From assembly GCA_024709165.1 (NCBI GenBank), contig JANJXF010000027.1, positions 2,718 to 66,717 on the forward strand: a DNA stretch of 64,000 bases, written 5' to 3'. This DNA comes from Thiobacillus sp. (GTDB lineage: Bacteria > Pseudomonadota > Gammaproteobacteria > Burkholderiales > Thiobacillaceae). Shown here piece after piece: positions 39,467-49,513 of this stretch. The position numbers were made by a program, and so were the translations under genes. The notes beneath the pieces were generated by a model. It searched no databases, was not told where the DNA came from, and saw nothing but the letters and a program-made list of their open reading frames with translations. Each line of letters opens with the position of its first letter. Within the stretch, counting starts at the first letter, position 1.

Positions 39467-40363
39467 TCAGGGCTTGCGTAACAACCACAGTATCATCGGC
39501 ACGCCGATCAGCGCGGTAAGCACGCCTACCGGCAGTTCGCGCGGCGCGATCACGGTGCGTGCGAGCGTATCGGCGAGCACCAGCAGGGTGCCGCCGGCGA
39601 GTGCGCATGCGGGCAGCAGCGCACGATGGCCGGCGAAGCCGAGACGCCGCAGCGCGTGCGGCACCATGAGGCCGACGAAGCCGATGCTGCCGGCCTGCGC
39701 GACGACCAGCGCGGTCGAGGCGCCGGCGAGCGCGAACAGTGTCCAGCGCGTGGGGGCGACGGCGACACCGAGCGAGGCGGCCTTGAGTGGCGACAATTGC
39801 AGTACGTCGAGGCGACGCGCCATCGCCGTGGCGGCGATGGAGGCGGCGAGCAGGGCGGTGAGCAGCCACGCCGGCTGGCTCGCCCAGGCGAGATCGCCCA
39901 TGAGGAAGAACAGCATGCCGGGCAGGCGTTCGGCGGGGGCGAGTGCCAGCACGAGCGCGATGAGCGCGCCGAAGCCCGCGGCAAGCATCACGCCGGCAAG
40001 CAAGAGCGGCGTATGGTCGCGCGCCAGCATGCGCCCGCCCAGTGCGGCGGCGAGCGCCAGTGTGCCGATGCTGCCGGCGAACGCGAGGCCCGACACCCAG
40101 GGCCATGCCAGCCCAGCCGTCATGCCAGCGAGTGCGGCGAGCCCCGCGCCACCGGATGCGCCGAGCAGGTACGGTTCCGCAAGCGGATTGTGGAACAGGG
40201 TTTGCATCAGTGCGCCGGCCAGCGCGAGCAGGCCGCCGCAGGCGAAGGCCGCGGCGACGCGCGGTCCGCGCAGCTCCGCAAGAATCTGCCGGGCAAGTTC
40301 ACGGTCGTCCGGCAACGTTCCGGCGAAAAGCCCCAGTGCGACGGCCGCAAGTGCGGTCAGCAC
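39467..40363 (-). CDS. FecCD/BtuC-family permease
   Basis: NPLAEPYLLGASGGA, GSIGFVGLMVPH and ELPVG motifs; start may be CTG at 40393. Confidence 0.88.
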   Translation of the reverse strand: MLTALAAVALGLFAGTLPDDRELARQILAELRGPRVAAAFACGGLLALAGALMQTLFHNPLAEPYLLGASGGAGLAALAGMTAGLAWPWVSGLAFAGSIGTLALAAALGGRMLARDHTPLLLAGVMLAAGFGALIALVLALAPAERLPGMLFFLMGDLAWASQPAWLLTALLAASIAATAMARRLDVLQLSPLKAASLGVAVAPTRWTLFALAGASTALVVAQAGSIGFVGLMVPHALRRLGFAGHRALLPACALAGGTLLVLADTLARTVIAPRELPVGVLTALIGVPMILWLLRKP

Positions 40364-40402
40364 GAGCAGCGCGGTGCGGGCGTAGGTGGACAGGCGCTGA
40401 CC

Positions 40403-41065
40403 TTACTGTTGCGGCGCCGCGGCGGCCGGCGCTGCCTGCGGCAGGACGCTCACCCGCTGCATCACCACCGCTTCGAGTGGAACGTCGTCGTGCGGGCCGC
40501 GGCGCCCGCGCGGCACCGCGACGATGGCGTCGACCACGTCCATGCCTTCGACCACCTGGCCGAACACCGCGTAGCCCCAGCCCTGCGTGCTTTTGCCGCG
40601 GTGGTCGAGGAAGCCGTTGTCGGCGACGTTGATGAAGAACTGGGAGCTCGCCGAATGGGGGTCCATGGTGCGTGCCATCGCCAGCGTGCCGCGCAGGTTC
40701 TTGAGGCCGTTGTCGGCCTCGTTGGCAATCGGCTGGCCATTCGGTTTTTCCGTCATGTCGACCGTCATGCCGCCGCCCTGGATCATGAAACCCGGGATGA
40801 CGCGATGGAATACCGTGCCGTCGTAGAAACCGTTGCGCACATAGCCGAGAAAGTTTTCGCTCGACTTGGGCGACTGTGTCGGGAAGACCTCGACCGTGAT
40901 CGCGCCCTTGCTGGTTTCGATCAGCACGCGCGGGTTGGCAGACGCCCCCGCCGCCGGGGTGATGGAGACGGATTGCGTGGCGGGCTCGCCGGCACCGCAG
41001 CCGGAGACCGCAAGCATCAGGGTGGCAAGAAACAGGCTGATCGAGCGCAAGGACAGACGTGGCAT
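40403..41065 (-). CDS. Cyclophilin-type peptidyl-prolyl isomerase with lipoprotein signal
   Basis: VSGC lipobox; FHRVIPGFMIQGGG, AMART and SQFFIN motifs. Confidence 0.92.
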   Translation of the reverse strand: MPRLSLRSISLFLATLMLAVSGCGAGEPATQSVSITPAAGASANPRVLIETSKGAITVEVFPTQSPKSSENFLGYVRNGFYDGTVFHRVIPGFMIQGGGMTVDMTEKPNGQPIANEADNGLKNLRGTLAMARTMDPHSASSQFFINVADNGFLDHRGKSTQGWGYAVFGQVVEGMDVVDAIVAVPRGRRGPHDDVPLEAVVMQRVSVLPQAAPAAAAPQQ

Positions 41066-41152
41066 TGCAGGGCTCCAGGAAAAGGAAGCCTGAATTCTAA
41101 TGGGCGCCGCCGCGGAGCCCAAGGCTTCCGCATGCCGGCATCGTTCGGCGAT

Positions 41153-41491
41153 TTATCGAGCCGCGGGCCGGCTCGCCTCGTCGGTCCGTCCCAGACAGCG
41201 GAAGGTCAGATCGTTGTCCACGGCAAAATTCATCACGAAACGAAATGCTGCCGGGTCGGCTTGAAGCAAGCGCATGTCGACGCGCAGCCCGCGCGTTCCC
41301 TCGAACGTGACCGGCTGCACAGCCGGCGCATAACGCAGCAGCTTGTCCTTGCCGAAGCTGGAGAAGCCACCGGCCAGCCTGTCGACCCAGTCGCTCGGCC
41401 GAAAGGGGCGCCCCGACATCGTGACGCCGAGAATGAGCAGGGGCTCGCACGCGTGATCTGCGGCTGAGTCGGCGGCGGACGCCTCGCTCAT
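41153..41491 (-). CDS. DUF3579-like protein
   Basis: ILGVTMSGRPFRPSDWVDRL...FVMNFAVDNDL; 4-bp overlap with the upstream gene. Confidence 0.8.
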   Translation of the reverse strand: MSEASAADSAADHACEPLLILGVTMSGRPFRPSDWVDRLAGGFSSFGKDKLLRYAPAVQPVTFEGTRGLRVDMRLLQADPAAFRFVMNFAVDNDLTFRCLGRTDEASRPAAR

Positions 41492-41985
41492 TGCGTGCCT
41501 CCCTTGCGCAGGAAGAAGGTCCATTGACCGGGATGGGTCTGCTGGCTCTTCAACAGGACATTGCCGGTCGCGGCGCACCACGCCCCGATTTCGTCCCGGC
41601 TGGCAGGGCATGTGCTGACGAGCTTCACGACTTGTCCCCAGAGCATCCTGCCGAGCACCCGGCTCGCCTCGATGACCGGGGTCGGGCAGGGCTTTCCGCT
41701 CACGTCGAGCGTGGCATCGGCGGCGATCGTGGCCTTGCTTCCCTTGCTCACGAGGTATTCGCCGATGCCGTCGGCACCGCGCGCGGAATGGATGACCTCG
41801 TTGCCGGTGCGCGCCGCCCAGGCAAACAGATCGTCCCGCGTGCCCGGGCAATCCGACTTGAGCAGCAGGGTTTCGCCGGCATGCAGGTCGTCCAGGGCGT
41901 GGCGGACGCCGAGCAGGGGGTGGGGGCAGACCTGGCCCGTCATGTCCAGGACGGCGCTCGGTTCGTGTGAAATGAGGTCGTGCAT
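41488..41985 (-). CDS. Tandem two-domain TusA/YedF-family sulfur carrier
   Basis: LDMTGQVCPHP..SDCPGT and LDVSGKPCPTP..STCPAS; AGGAG RBS before ATG 41985 (alternative start 42072). Confidence 0.85.
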   Translation of the reverse strand: MHDLISHEPSAVLDMTGQVCPHPLLGVRHALDDLHAGETLLLKSDCPGTRDDLFAWAARTGNEVIHSARGADGIGEYLVSKGSKATIAADATLDVSGKPCPTPVIEASRVLGRMLWGQVVKLVSTCPASRDEIGAWCAATGNVLLKSQQTHPGQWTFFLRKGGTQ

Positions 41986-42089
41986 CGTTGCGGTCTCCTG
42001 TGTTCGATGTGTCGCGGGGGCGTCGCTGGCACGCTGGGTGCCAGCCTGGCGGTGGATAACGGTGGTTGCCATCCATCGAGCGCCATCGT

Positions 42090-42155
42090 AGCAATACAGG
42101 AAATGAAAATTAAAGAATAAAACGCTATGATTTAATAACGTTTAGTTATAAAGGT
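42090..42155. promoter_or_regulatory. AT-rich divergent promoter region, probable LysR/CysB site
   Basis: Strongly AT-rich stretch between the divergent TusA-like gene and cysB. Confidence 0.45.
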
Positions 42156-42159
42156 TTCC

Positions 42160-43101
42160 ATGAAACTCCAGCAATTGCGCTATCTGTGTGAGGTCGTCCG
42201 GCAGGGACTGAATGTTTCGGCGGCGGCCGGGCAGCTGCATACCTCGCAACCGGGCGTGTCGAAACAGATCCGGCAGCTGGAAGACGAACTGGGGGTGACC
42301 CTGTTCGTTCGCAATGGCAAGCGGCTGGCGGAGGTGACCGAACCGGGCCGGGCGATCGTCGCCATGGCGGAACGGGTTTTGCGGGAGGCGGACAATCTCA
42401 GGCAGGCCGGCAGGGATTTCAGCGACGAAACCAGCGGCAGCCTGGTGATCGCGACCACGCACACGCAGGCGCGCTATGCCTTGCCCGATACGGTGAAGGC
42501 CTTTGTGCAGCGCTACCCCGCGGTCGATCTCGTCCTGCACCAGGGCAACCCGAGCCAGGTCGCGCAGATGGTGATTGCGGGCGAGGCGGATCTCGCCATC
42601 GCCACGGAGACCATCGCCGAGGTCAGGGAACTCGTCAGCATGCCGTGTCACACCTGGAACCACGGCATCATCGTGCCGCCCCGGCATCCGCTGCTGAAGG
42701 CGGGTGCGCTGTCCCTGGAAGCGATCGCGCGGTATCCGGTCGTCACCTACGACAGCGCGTTCGCCGGCCGGTCGCGCATCAACCGGGCGTTCGAACGCAA
42801 GGGACTCGCGCCGCGGGTGGTGCTGACGGCCATCGACTCGGACGTGATCAAGACTTATGTCGAGCTCGGCCTGGGGGTCGGCATCGTCGCGCAGATGGCC
42901 TTCGATCCTCGTCGCGACAAGCGCTTGCGCATGCTGGGCGCGGGACACCTGTTCGAGACCAGCACCACGCGCATCGGGCTGCGCCACGGCGCGTTTTTGC
43001 GGCGTTACGTCTACGACTTCATCCAGTTGTTCGCGCCGCGTTTGACGCGCCGGATGGTGGACGTCACGATGCGCGGCGGCGGCGTGGATTTCGAGCTTTG
43101 A
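42160..43101 (+). CDS. cysB: CysB/Cbl-family LysR regulator
   Basis: MKLQQLRY..TSQPGVSKQI, ATTHTQARY and DSDVIKTYV motifs. Confidence 0.9.
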   Translation: MKLQQLRYLCEVVRQGLNVSAAAGQLHTSQPGVSKQIRQLEDELGVTLFVRNGKRLAEVTEPGRAIVAMAERVLREADNLRQAGRDFSDETSGSLVIATTHTQARYALPDTVKAFVQRYPAVDLVLHQGNPSQVAQMVIAGEADLAIATETIAEVRELVSMPCHTWNHGIIVPPRHPLLKAGALSLEAIARYPVVTYDSAFAGRSRINRAFERKGLAPRVVLTAIDSDVIKTYVELGLGVGIVAQMAFDPRRDKRLRMLGAGHLFETSTTRIGLRHGAFLRRYVYDFIQLFAPRLTRRMVDVTMRGGGVDFEL

Positions 43102-43114
43102 CCCGTGCGGTCGC

Positions 43115-45556
43115 CTATTCTCGGGTGCTCCCGAAATCGGACAGGCGCAACGCGTTCAAAACGACCAGCAGGGAACTCGCCGACATGCCGATGCCGGCAA
43201 GCCACGGCGTGACGTGGCCAAGCGCCGCGGCGGGGATGGCGATGAGGTTGTAGCCGAGTGCCCAGCCAAGGTTCTGGCGTACGATGCGCTGCGTCCTGCG
43301 CGCGAGCGTCACGCCTTCGGCAAGCGTGGCGAGGCGACTGCCCAGCATCACCATGTCGGCGGCAGCCTGCGCGACGTCGGTGCCTTCGCCCATGGCGATC
43401 GACACCTGCGCACCGGCGAGCACCGGCGCGTCGTTGATGCCGTCGCCGACCATGGCGACGACGCGCCCCGCCCCCTGCAGCGCCTTGACGTAGGCCAGCT
43501 TGTCTTCCGGCAGCGCGCCGGCGCGCCAGGCGTCGATGCCGAGCTGCCGCGCCACGTCTTCCACGGCCGGTGCGGCGTCGCCCGACAGCAGGTGCAGGCG
43601 CAGCCCCTGGCGGCGCAGGGCGGCGAGCGCGTCGGTGGCATCGGCGCGCAGAGTGTCGGCGAGCGCGAACCAGGCGATCAGTAGCCCGTCCTCGGAAAGC
43701 GCGACCCAGCTCGCCCCCACCCGCGTGGCGGGCGGTGCGGCGTCGGCCGCGGCGAAGCGCGGTGTGCCCAGCCGGTAGGCGTGTTGCCCGATGCGCCCCG
43801 CGACGCCATGCCCCGGTGTGTTGCGCAGGTCGCTCGCGTCGGACACGGGTGTCACGCCGTCGCACAGCGCGCGCGCGATGGGATGTTCGGAGCCGGCCTC
43901 GAGTGCGGCTGCGAGCGCGAGCACCTCGGCTTCTCTACGCCCGGCCAAAGGTATCACCTCGCGTAACGCCAGGTGTCCCTGGGTCAGCGTGCCGGTCTTG
44001 TCGAAGACGAGGTCGGTGGCGCGCGCCAGCGTTTCCAGCGCATGGCCGCGCGTGGTGAGGAGTCCCAGCCGTGTCAGGCGCCCGGTGCCGCTGGTCAGCG
44101 CGGCCGGGGTGGCGAGCCCCAGCGCGCAGGGACAGGTGACGACCAGAATCGACACCACGATCCACAGCGCGCGCGACGGGTCGTGGACGTACCACGCATA
44201 ACCGACCACTGCGGTGATCACGAGCAGCAGTCCGACGAACCAGGCGGCGGCACGGTCGGCCACCTGGCCGATGCGCGGCTTTTCGCTTTGTGCGCGATCG
44301 AGCAGACGCACGATGGACGCCAGCCGGGTGTCGGCGCCGAGCCTGTCCACCCGTACCACCAGCGGGCTCGCCTCGTTGATGCTGCCGCCGACCACGTTGG
44401 CGCCGGTGACCTTGGCGACCGGCAGCGATTCACCGGTGAGCATGGCTTCGTTCACCGTGCTGTGCCCCTCGACCACCACGCCGTCGGCGGGCAGAGTGTC
44501 CCCCGGACGCACCAGCACATGGTCGCCCGGCCGCAGGCGCGCCACCGGGACCTGATCCGTGTCGCGCGCCGGCCATGCGGGCAGCCGCGTGGCCGCGGCG
44601 GGAATGAGCTTGACCAGTTCTTCCACTGCCGCGCCGGCGCGGCGGCGCGCGTTCATTTCGAGAAATCTCCCGGTCAGCAGCAGGAAAATGAACATGTTTA
44701 CCGAGTCGTAATAGACTTCGCCGTGTCCGGCGAAGGTGCTGTAGACGCTGGCGGCGAACGCCGTGCCGATGCCGAGCGCGACCGGGACGTCCATGCCCAG
44801 CATGCGGCGGCGCAGATCGCGCCAGGTGCCGACGAAGAACGGCCATGCCGAATAGCCCACCACCGGCAGCGTCAGCACCAGGCTTGCCCAGCGCATGATC
44901 GTGCGGACGTCGTCGGTCATGTCGGTTGCCGTATAGGTCGGCAGCGCATACATCATCACCTGCATCATGCCGAGCCCGGCGATCGCCAGGCGGCGGATCG
45001 CGGTGTTGCGTTCGCGCCGGTGGATGTCGTCGGAGCGGCCGCTGTCGAAGGGGTGGGCGATGTAGCCGATGTCGGCCACCGCCTTGAGGATCGTGGACAA
45101 CTGGATGCGGCGATCATCCCAGCGTACCCGTGCGCGTCGCGTCGCGTAGTTGATTTCCACCGAGAGCACGCCGGGCAGCGCGGCGATGTGGCGCTCGTTG
45201 AGCCAGATGCACGCTGCGCAGACGATGTTCTCCAGAATCAGCGCCGCTTCGCGGACGTGCTCGGCCTCCACGCGCACGAAGCTTTCCTGGATTTCCGGCA
45301 GGTCGTAGAGGCCCAGCTGCACAAGTTCGGCCTCCGCTTCGCGCGGGGTTGCGGGCAGCACGGTACGATGCGCGTAATACGCGCCCTGTCCGCTGTCGAT
45401 GATGGTCTGTGCCACCGCCTGGCAGCCGTGGCAGCATGCCGTGTGGGTACTTCCTTCGAACGTGACAGAGTACTGAGCGCCATCCGGAACCGGCTGGCCG
45501 CAATGAAAACAGGGCGAAAAAGACGGGGTGTCCGTGAGGCCGGGAGAGCGGCTCAC
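43115..45556 (-). CDS. CcoI/FixI-type heavy-metal P1B ATPase
   Basis: N-terminal CFHC and CCHGC; CAAC HMA motif; TGES, CPCALGLATP, DKTGT and GDGINDAP; start assigned to GTG 45556 (uncertain). Confidence 0.88.
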   Translation of the reverse strand: MSRSPGLTDTPSFSPCFHCGQPVPDGAQYSVTFEGSTHTACCHGCQAVAQTIIDSGQGAYYAHRTVLPATPREAEAELVQLGLYDLPEIQESFVRVEAEHVREAALILENIVCAACIWLNERHIAALPGVLSVEINYATRRARVRWDDRRIQLSTILKAVADIGYIAHPFDSGRSDDIHRRERNTAIRRLAIAGLGMMQVMMYALPTYTATDMTDDVRTIMRWASLVLTLPVVGYSAWPFFVGTWRDLRRRMLGMDVPVALGIGTAFAASVYSTFAGHGEVYYDSVNMFIFLLLTGRFLEMNARRRAGAAVEELVKLIPAAATRLPAWPARDTDQVPVARLRPGDHVLVRPGDTLPADGVVVEGHSTVNEAMLTGESLPVAKVTGANVVGGSINEASPLVVRVDRLGADTRLASIVRLLDRAQSEKPRIGQVADRAAAWFVGLLLVITAVVGYAWYVHDPSRALWIVVSILVVTCPCALGLATPAALTSGTGRLTRLGLLTTRGHALETLARATDLVFDKTGTLTQGHLALREVIPLAGRREAEVLALAAALEAGSEHPIARALCDGVTPVSDASDLRNTPGHGVAGRIGQHAYRLGTPRFAAADAAPPATRVGASWVALSEDGLLIAWFALADTLRADATDALAALRRQGLRLHLLSGDAAPAVEDVARQLGIDAWRAGALPEDKLAYVKALQGAGRVVAMVGDGINDAPVLAGAQVSIAMGEGTDVAQAAADMVMLGSRLATLAEGVTLARRTQRIVRQNLGWALGYNLIAIPAAALGHVTPWLAGIGMSASSLLVVLNALRLSDFGSTRE

Positions 45557-45805
45557 GAAACACCCCGTGGCAGGGCACCGCAATACGGCAGGTTCGGGAG
45601 AGAGGACGAGCCTGCCGTGGGCGCCGGATGCAAAGCTTTCTTGGTGCCGGTGGCGGCTGCCAGACCGCCGGGGCGCCGGGTAAGCGCTCCGGTTGGCAAA
45701 CCGGATACCGAAGCTCGTGACCGCGGCACCGATCCGGAAAGACTGATCCTGCGTGTTACTGTCGCCATTCTTCAAACGTCATGCGTGGCTGCCGGAACGG
45801 CAAAT
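45517..45805 (-). ncRNA. Putative structured RNA (sRNA or 5' leader) upstream of the ATPase
   Basis: TATAAT at 45816-45811; several stable hairpins; last hairpin (45523-45568) is followed by a T5 tract. Confidence 0.35.
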
Positions 45806-45922
45806 CCGGCATTATATGCCGGGTGTCGACATGCCCTGATCGGGAACGGGCCGGACACATAGCAGGCTTGAAGATACGCATATCATAATATGCCAATGTC
45901 ACGTCGGCAAGGGGTGCGGGTT

Positions 45923-46618
45923 ATGATTTCCGGCATGTCTCCCAGCGAGTCCTGCTTTCCCCCTGTCGACACCGCGCTCGTTCACCCCAACGGCCTGCTG
46001 GCGAAGGGCGGCGACCTGTCGTTGCCGCGCCTGCTCGATGCCTACCGTCACGGCGTCTTCCCCTGGTTCAATCCCGGCGAGCCGATCCTGTGGTGGAGCC
46101 CCGACCCGCGCATGGTGCTCGTGCCGGACGAAATCCGCATCAGCCGTTCGCTCGCCAAGCGTGTGCGCAACGCGGGTTTCGAACTGCGCGTCGACAGCGC
46201 TTTCGCCGAGGTGATGCGCGGCTGCGCCGAACCACGCCGCGGTGAGGCTGGCACCTGGATCTCGCCGGTGATGATCGCCGCCTATTCGCGCCTGTTCGAT
46301 GCCGGCTATGCGCACTCGGTGGAAACCTGGCACGATGGCCGCCTGGTGGGCGGGTTGTATGGCGTCGCCATCGGCCGCATGTTCTACGGCGAATCCATGT
46401 TCAGCCGCATGCCAGACGCGTCCAAGGTGGCACTGGTGCGGCTGGCGCGTCAGTTGGGGACGTGGGGCTTCGGCCTTATCGACTGCCAGATGGAAACCCC
46501 GCATCTGGGCAACATGGGCGCGCGCCCGATTCCGCGCGCCGCGTTTCTGACGCGCCTCGCGGAATTGGTAGACTTGCCTCATCGTCCCGGCCCCTGGCGT
46601 TTCGATGCACCCGACTGA
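45923..46618 (+). CDS. aat: Leucyl/phenylalanyl-tRNA--protein transferase
   Basis: [27 protein letters not shown] and IDCQM motifs. Confidence 0.95.
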   Translation: MISGMSPSESCFPPVDTALVHPNGLLAKGGDLSLPRLLDAYRHGVFPWFNPGEPILWWSPDPRMVLVPDEIRISRSLAKRVRNAGFELRVDSAFAEVMRGCAEPRRGEAGTWISPVMIAAYSRLFDAGYAHSVETWHDGRLVGGLYGVAIGRMFYGESMFSRMPDASKVALVRLARQLGTWGFGLIDCQMETPHLGNMGARPIPRAAFLTRLAELVDLPHRPGPWRFDAPD

Positions 46619-47330
46619 ACCACCTTTCCAGCGCATCCAGTTCTATCTGACCGCGCATTACGACTGCAGCTACCTGAGCGGCCGGCACGCGCGTTCGCAG
46701 GTCGCCACGCCGGCGCATCTCATCGACGCCCGCGCGTACAGCGCGCTGATCCGCGCGGGCTTTCGCCGCAGCGGCCAGTTCACCTACCGGCCGCATTGCG
46801 AGACCTGCCATGCCTGCGTGCCGGTGCGTGTCGACGTCACACACTTTGCGCCCAGCCGCACCCAGCGACGTTGCCTCACGCGCAACCGGCACCTCACCGC
46901 GCGTTTTCTGCCGCTCGACTTTCACGAAGCGCATTACACGCTGTATCGCCACTATCTCGCCAGCCGCCATGCCGGCGGCGGCATGGACCGCGACAGTTCC
47001 GAGCAGTACACGCAGTTCATGCTGTCGTCCAACGTCGATTCCATGCTGGTCGAGTTCCGCGATGGCGACGAGCCGGTGATGGTTTCGGTGATCGATCAGG
47101 TCGACGATGGCTTGTCCGCCGTCTACACCTTCTTCGACCCGGCGCGCGGAGCGCAGAGCCTCGGCGTCTACGGCGTGCTCTGGCAGATCGAGCTCGCGCA
47201 GCGGCTGGGGCTGCCCTACGTCTACCTCGGCTACTGGATCGCGGACAGCCGCAAGATGGCCTACAAGCAGCAGTACGTGCCACTCGAGGGCCTGCGCGAC
47301 GGCCGTTGGCAGGTGATCGACGCCGCATGA
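46605..47330 (+). CDS. bpt: Aspartate/glutamate leucyltransferase (arginyltransferase-like)
   Basis: CSYL, GFRRSG..YRPHC..C..C and YLGYWI..KMAYK motifs. Confidence 0.9.
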   Translation: MHPTEPPFQRIQFYLTAHYDCSYLSGRHARSQVATPAHLIDARAYSALIRAGFRRSGQFTYRPHCETCHACVPVRVDVTHFAPSRTQRRCLTRNRHLTARFLPLDFHEAHYTLYRHYLASRHAGGGMDRDSSEQYTQFMLSSNVDSMLVEFRDGDEPVMVSVIDQVDDGLSAVYTFFDPARGAQSLGVYGVLWQIELAQRLGLPYVYLGYWIADSRKMAYKQQYVPLEGLRDGRWQVIDAA

Positions 47331-48151
47331 GGCAGGCGTTCGCGGCAGCGGCGCTGGCGCTGCTCGCCGGCTGCGCACTCACCGTAAGCGATCCGCGTGC
47401 GCTCGCGCCCCTCGACAGCTTCGTGCCGCTCGCGGTGGATACGCGGGTGTGGGTCGAACCGGGCTACGAAGCATATGGCGCGCGCGTCGCCGCCGCGCTG
47501 CCGGCCGCGATCGCGCACGTGGAGGCGGCGCACTACCTGCCTTTCGCGCGTACACCGCGCGTCCACGTGTGCGGCACCGACGCGTGTTTCCAGCGCTACG
47601 TGCTGACGCCGAAACTGTCCGCCGCAGTGGTGCCCGACAACCGCCTGATCCTGTCGCCCAATCTCGACGGCAAGGAAAGCCACCGTCTGTCTGCGCTCCT
47701 GACCCACGAACTCGCCCACCTGCATCTGGGGCAGCGCATCGGCCATTATCACCCGACACTGCCGGTGTGGTTCCACGAAGGCTGGGCGGCGCTCACCGCC
47801 GACGGCGGCGGCGCCGAATACGTCAGCGACGCGCAGGCGCTCGCGGCGATCCGCGCCGGGCGCCGCGTCAATCTCGGCGCACGCGATGCGCCTGGCAAGC
47901 GCCATCGCGCCAGTGCCTCCGGTCTCAGCATCTTCGAGTTCTATCGCCAGGCTATGCTGCTGGTTGGCTGGCTGAAGGCGCAGGATGAAGCGCGTTTCCG
48001 CCACCTGGTGCTCGCCGTGCAGGACAACGTCGACTTTGAAATCGCCTTCTGGGACATCTACGGCCAGGCGCCGGTCGGCCGGCTCGCCGGATTCTTCGAC
48101 GGCGTTCTGGGCGATAATCCTCCCGTCCAGGCCGCCCCGGCCCAACCCTGA
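47327..48151 (+). CDS. Lipoprotein with HExxH zincin-like motif
   Basis: LAGC lipobox; LTHELAH followed by PVWFHEG. Confidence 0.72.
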   Translation: MRQAFAAAALALLAGCALTVSDPRALAPLDSFVPLAVDTRVWVEPGYEAYGARVAAALPAAIAHVEAAHYLPFARTPRVHVCGTDACFQRYVLTPKLSAAVVPDNRLILSPNLDGKESHRLSALLTHELAHLHLGQRIGHYHPTLPVWFHEGWAALTADGGGAEYVSDAQALAAIRAGRRVNLGARDAPGKRHRASASGLSIFEFYRQAMLLVGWLKAQDEARFRHLVLAVQDNVDFEIAFWDIYGQAPVGRLAGFFDGVLGDNPPVQAAPAQP

Positions 48152-48158
48152 ACGCACC

Positions 48159-48953
48159 ATGAAACCCTACCTCGACCTGATGCGCCACGTGCTCGAGCAC
48201 GGCACCCGCAAAGACGACCGCACCGGCACCGGCACGCTCTCGGTGTTCGGCTGGCAGATGCGCTACGGCCTCGCCGCCGGTTTTCCGCTCGTCACCACCA
48301 AGAAATGCCACCTGCGCTCGATCATCCACGAACTGCTGTGGTTTCTGCGCGGCGATACCAACATTGCGTATCTGAAGGAGAACGGCGTCACCATCTGGGA
48401 CGAATGGGCCGATGCCAACGGCGACCTTGGTCCAGTGTACGGCCACCAGTGGCGCTCCTGGCCCAGGCCCGACGGCGGTACCATCGACCAGATCGCCGAG
48501 GTCGTGAAGACGCTCAGGACCAACCCAGACTCGCGCCGCATCATCGTCTCCGCGTGGAACGTCGCCGATCTCGACCGCATGGCGCTGGCGCCGTGCCACG
48601 CCTTCTTCCAGTTCTATGTCGCCGACGGCCGACTGAGCTGCCAGCTCTACCAGCGCAGCGCCGACATCTTCCTCGGCGTGCCGTTCAACATCGCCAGCTA
48701 CGCGCTGCTCACGCTGATGATGGCGCAGGTCACCGGACTGAAACCCGGCGACTTCGTCCATACCCTGGGCGATGCGCACCTGTATCTGAACCACCTCGAC
48801 CAGGCGCGCGAACAGTTGTCGCGCGAACCGCGTGCGCTGCCGGTCATGACGATCAATCCCGACGTGAAGGATATCTTCGCCTTCCGCTTCGAGGATTTCA
48901 CCCTCGACGGCTACGATCCGCATCCCGCGATCAAGGCGCCGGTGGCGGTCTAG
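48159..48953 (+). CDS. thyA: Thymidylate synthase
   Basis: DRTGTGT, MALAPCH and [14 protein letters not shown] motifs. Confidence 0.97.
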   Translation: MKPYLDLMRHVLEHGTRKDDRTGTGTLSVFGWQMRYGLAAGFPLVTTKKCHLRSIIHELLWFLRGDTNIAYLKENGVTIWDEWADANGDLGPVYGHQWRSWPRPDGGTIDQIAEVVKTLRTNPDSRRIIVSAWNVADLDRMALAPCHAFFQFYVADGRLSCQLYQRSADIFLGVPFNIASYALLTLMMAQVTGLKPGDFVHTLGDAHLYLNHLDQAREQLSREPRALPVMTINPDVKDIFAFRFEDFTLDGYDPHPAIKAPVAV

Positions 48954-48988
48954 TGGGCCGGGAGTCGAGCTCGGAGCGTAGAGAGAAT

Positions 48989-49489
48989 ATGACCCGGAAT
49001 AAACCTCGCGTCAGCGTCATCGCCGCACTCGCGAAAAATCGCGTCATCGGCATCGAAAACCGCCTGCCGTGGCGGCTGCCGGAAGACCTTGCCCACTTCA
49101 AGGTGCTCACCCTCGGCCACCCCATCCTGATGGGGCGCAAGACCTTCGAGTCGCTGGGGCGTCCGCTGCCCGGGCGCACCAATGTCGTCATCACGCGCAA
49201 CCGCGATTACCGTCCCGCGGGCTGCCTGGTAGCCGAGTCGATTCCCGCCGCACTTGCGCTGTGCGGCGACAGCGACGAAGTCTTTTTCATTGGCGGTGCC
49301 GAGCTTTACGCGCAGGCCATTCCCCTCGCCGACCGGCTGTATCTCACTGAAGTCGACATCGACGCGCAAGGCGACGCCTGGTTTCCCGAGTACAACCGCG
49401 GCGCGTTTCGCGAAATCGCCCGCGAATCGTACACGGGCAGCAAGGGGGATGCGCTGCGTTTCGATTTTGTTGTGTACACGCGCACTTGA
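48989..49489 (+). CDS. folA: Dihydrofolate reductase
   Basis: IGIENRLPW..EDLAHF, MGRKTFES, LPGR and IGG motifs. Confidence 0.96.
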   Translation: MTRNKPRVSVIAALAKNRVIGIENRLPWRLPEDLAHFKVLTLGHPILMGRKTFESLGRPLPGRTNVVITRNRDYRPAGCLVAESIPAALALCGDSDEVFFIGGAELYAQAIPLADRLYLTEVDIDAQGDAWFPEYNRGAFREIARESYTGSKGDALRFDFVVYTRT

Positions 49490-49513
49490 CGGTGCGCGGC
49501 CTGAGGACGCGTT

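Noticed and set aside
45600-45720. GGATGCAAAGC and GGCAAACC resembling c-di-GMP-I riboswitch elements
   Set aside because: The elements are in the wrong order, and the GAAA tetraloop/receptor architecture is missing.
48954-48988. Purine-rich, weakly periodic spacer between thyA and folA
   Set aside because: Too short and degenerate, with no matching inverted arm.
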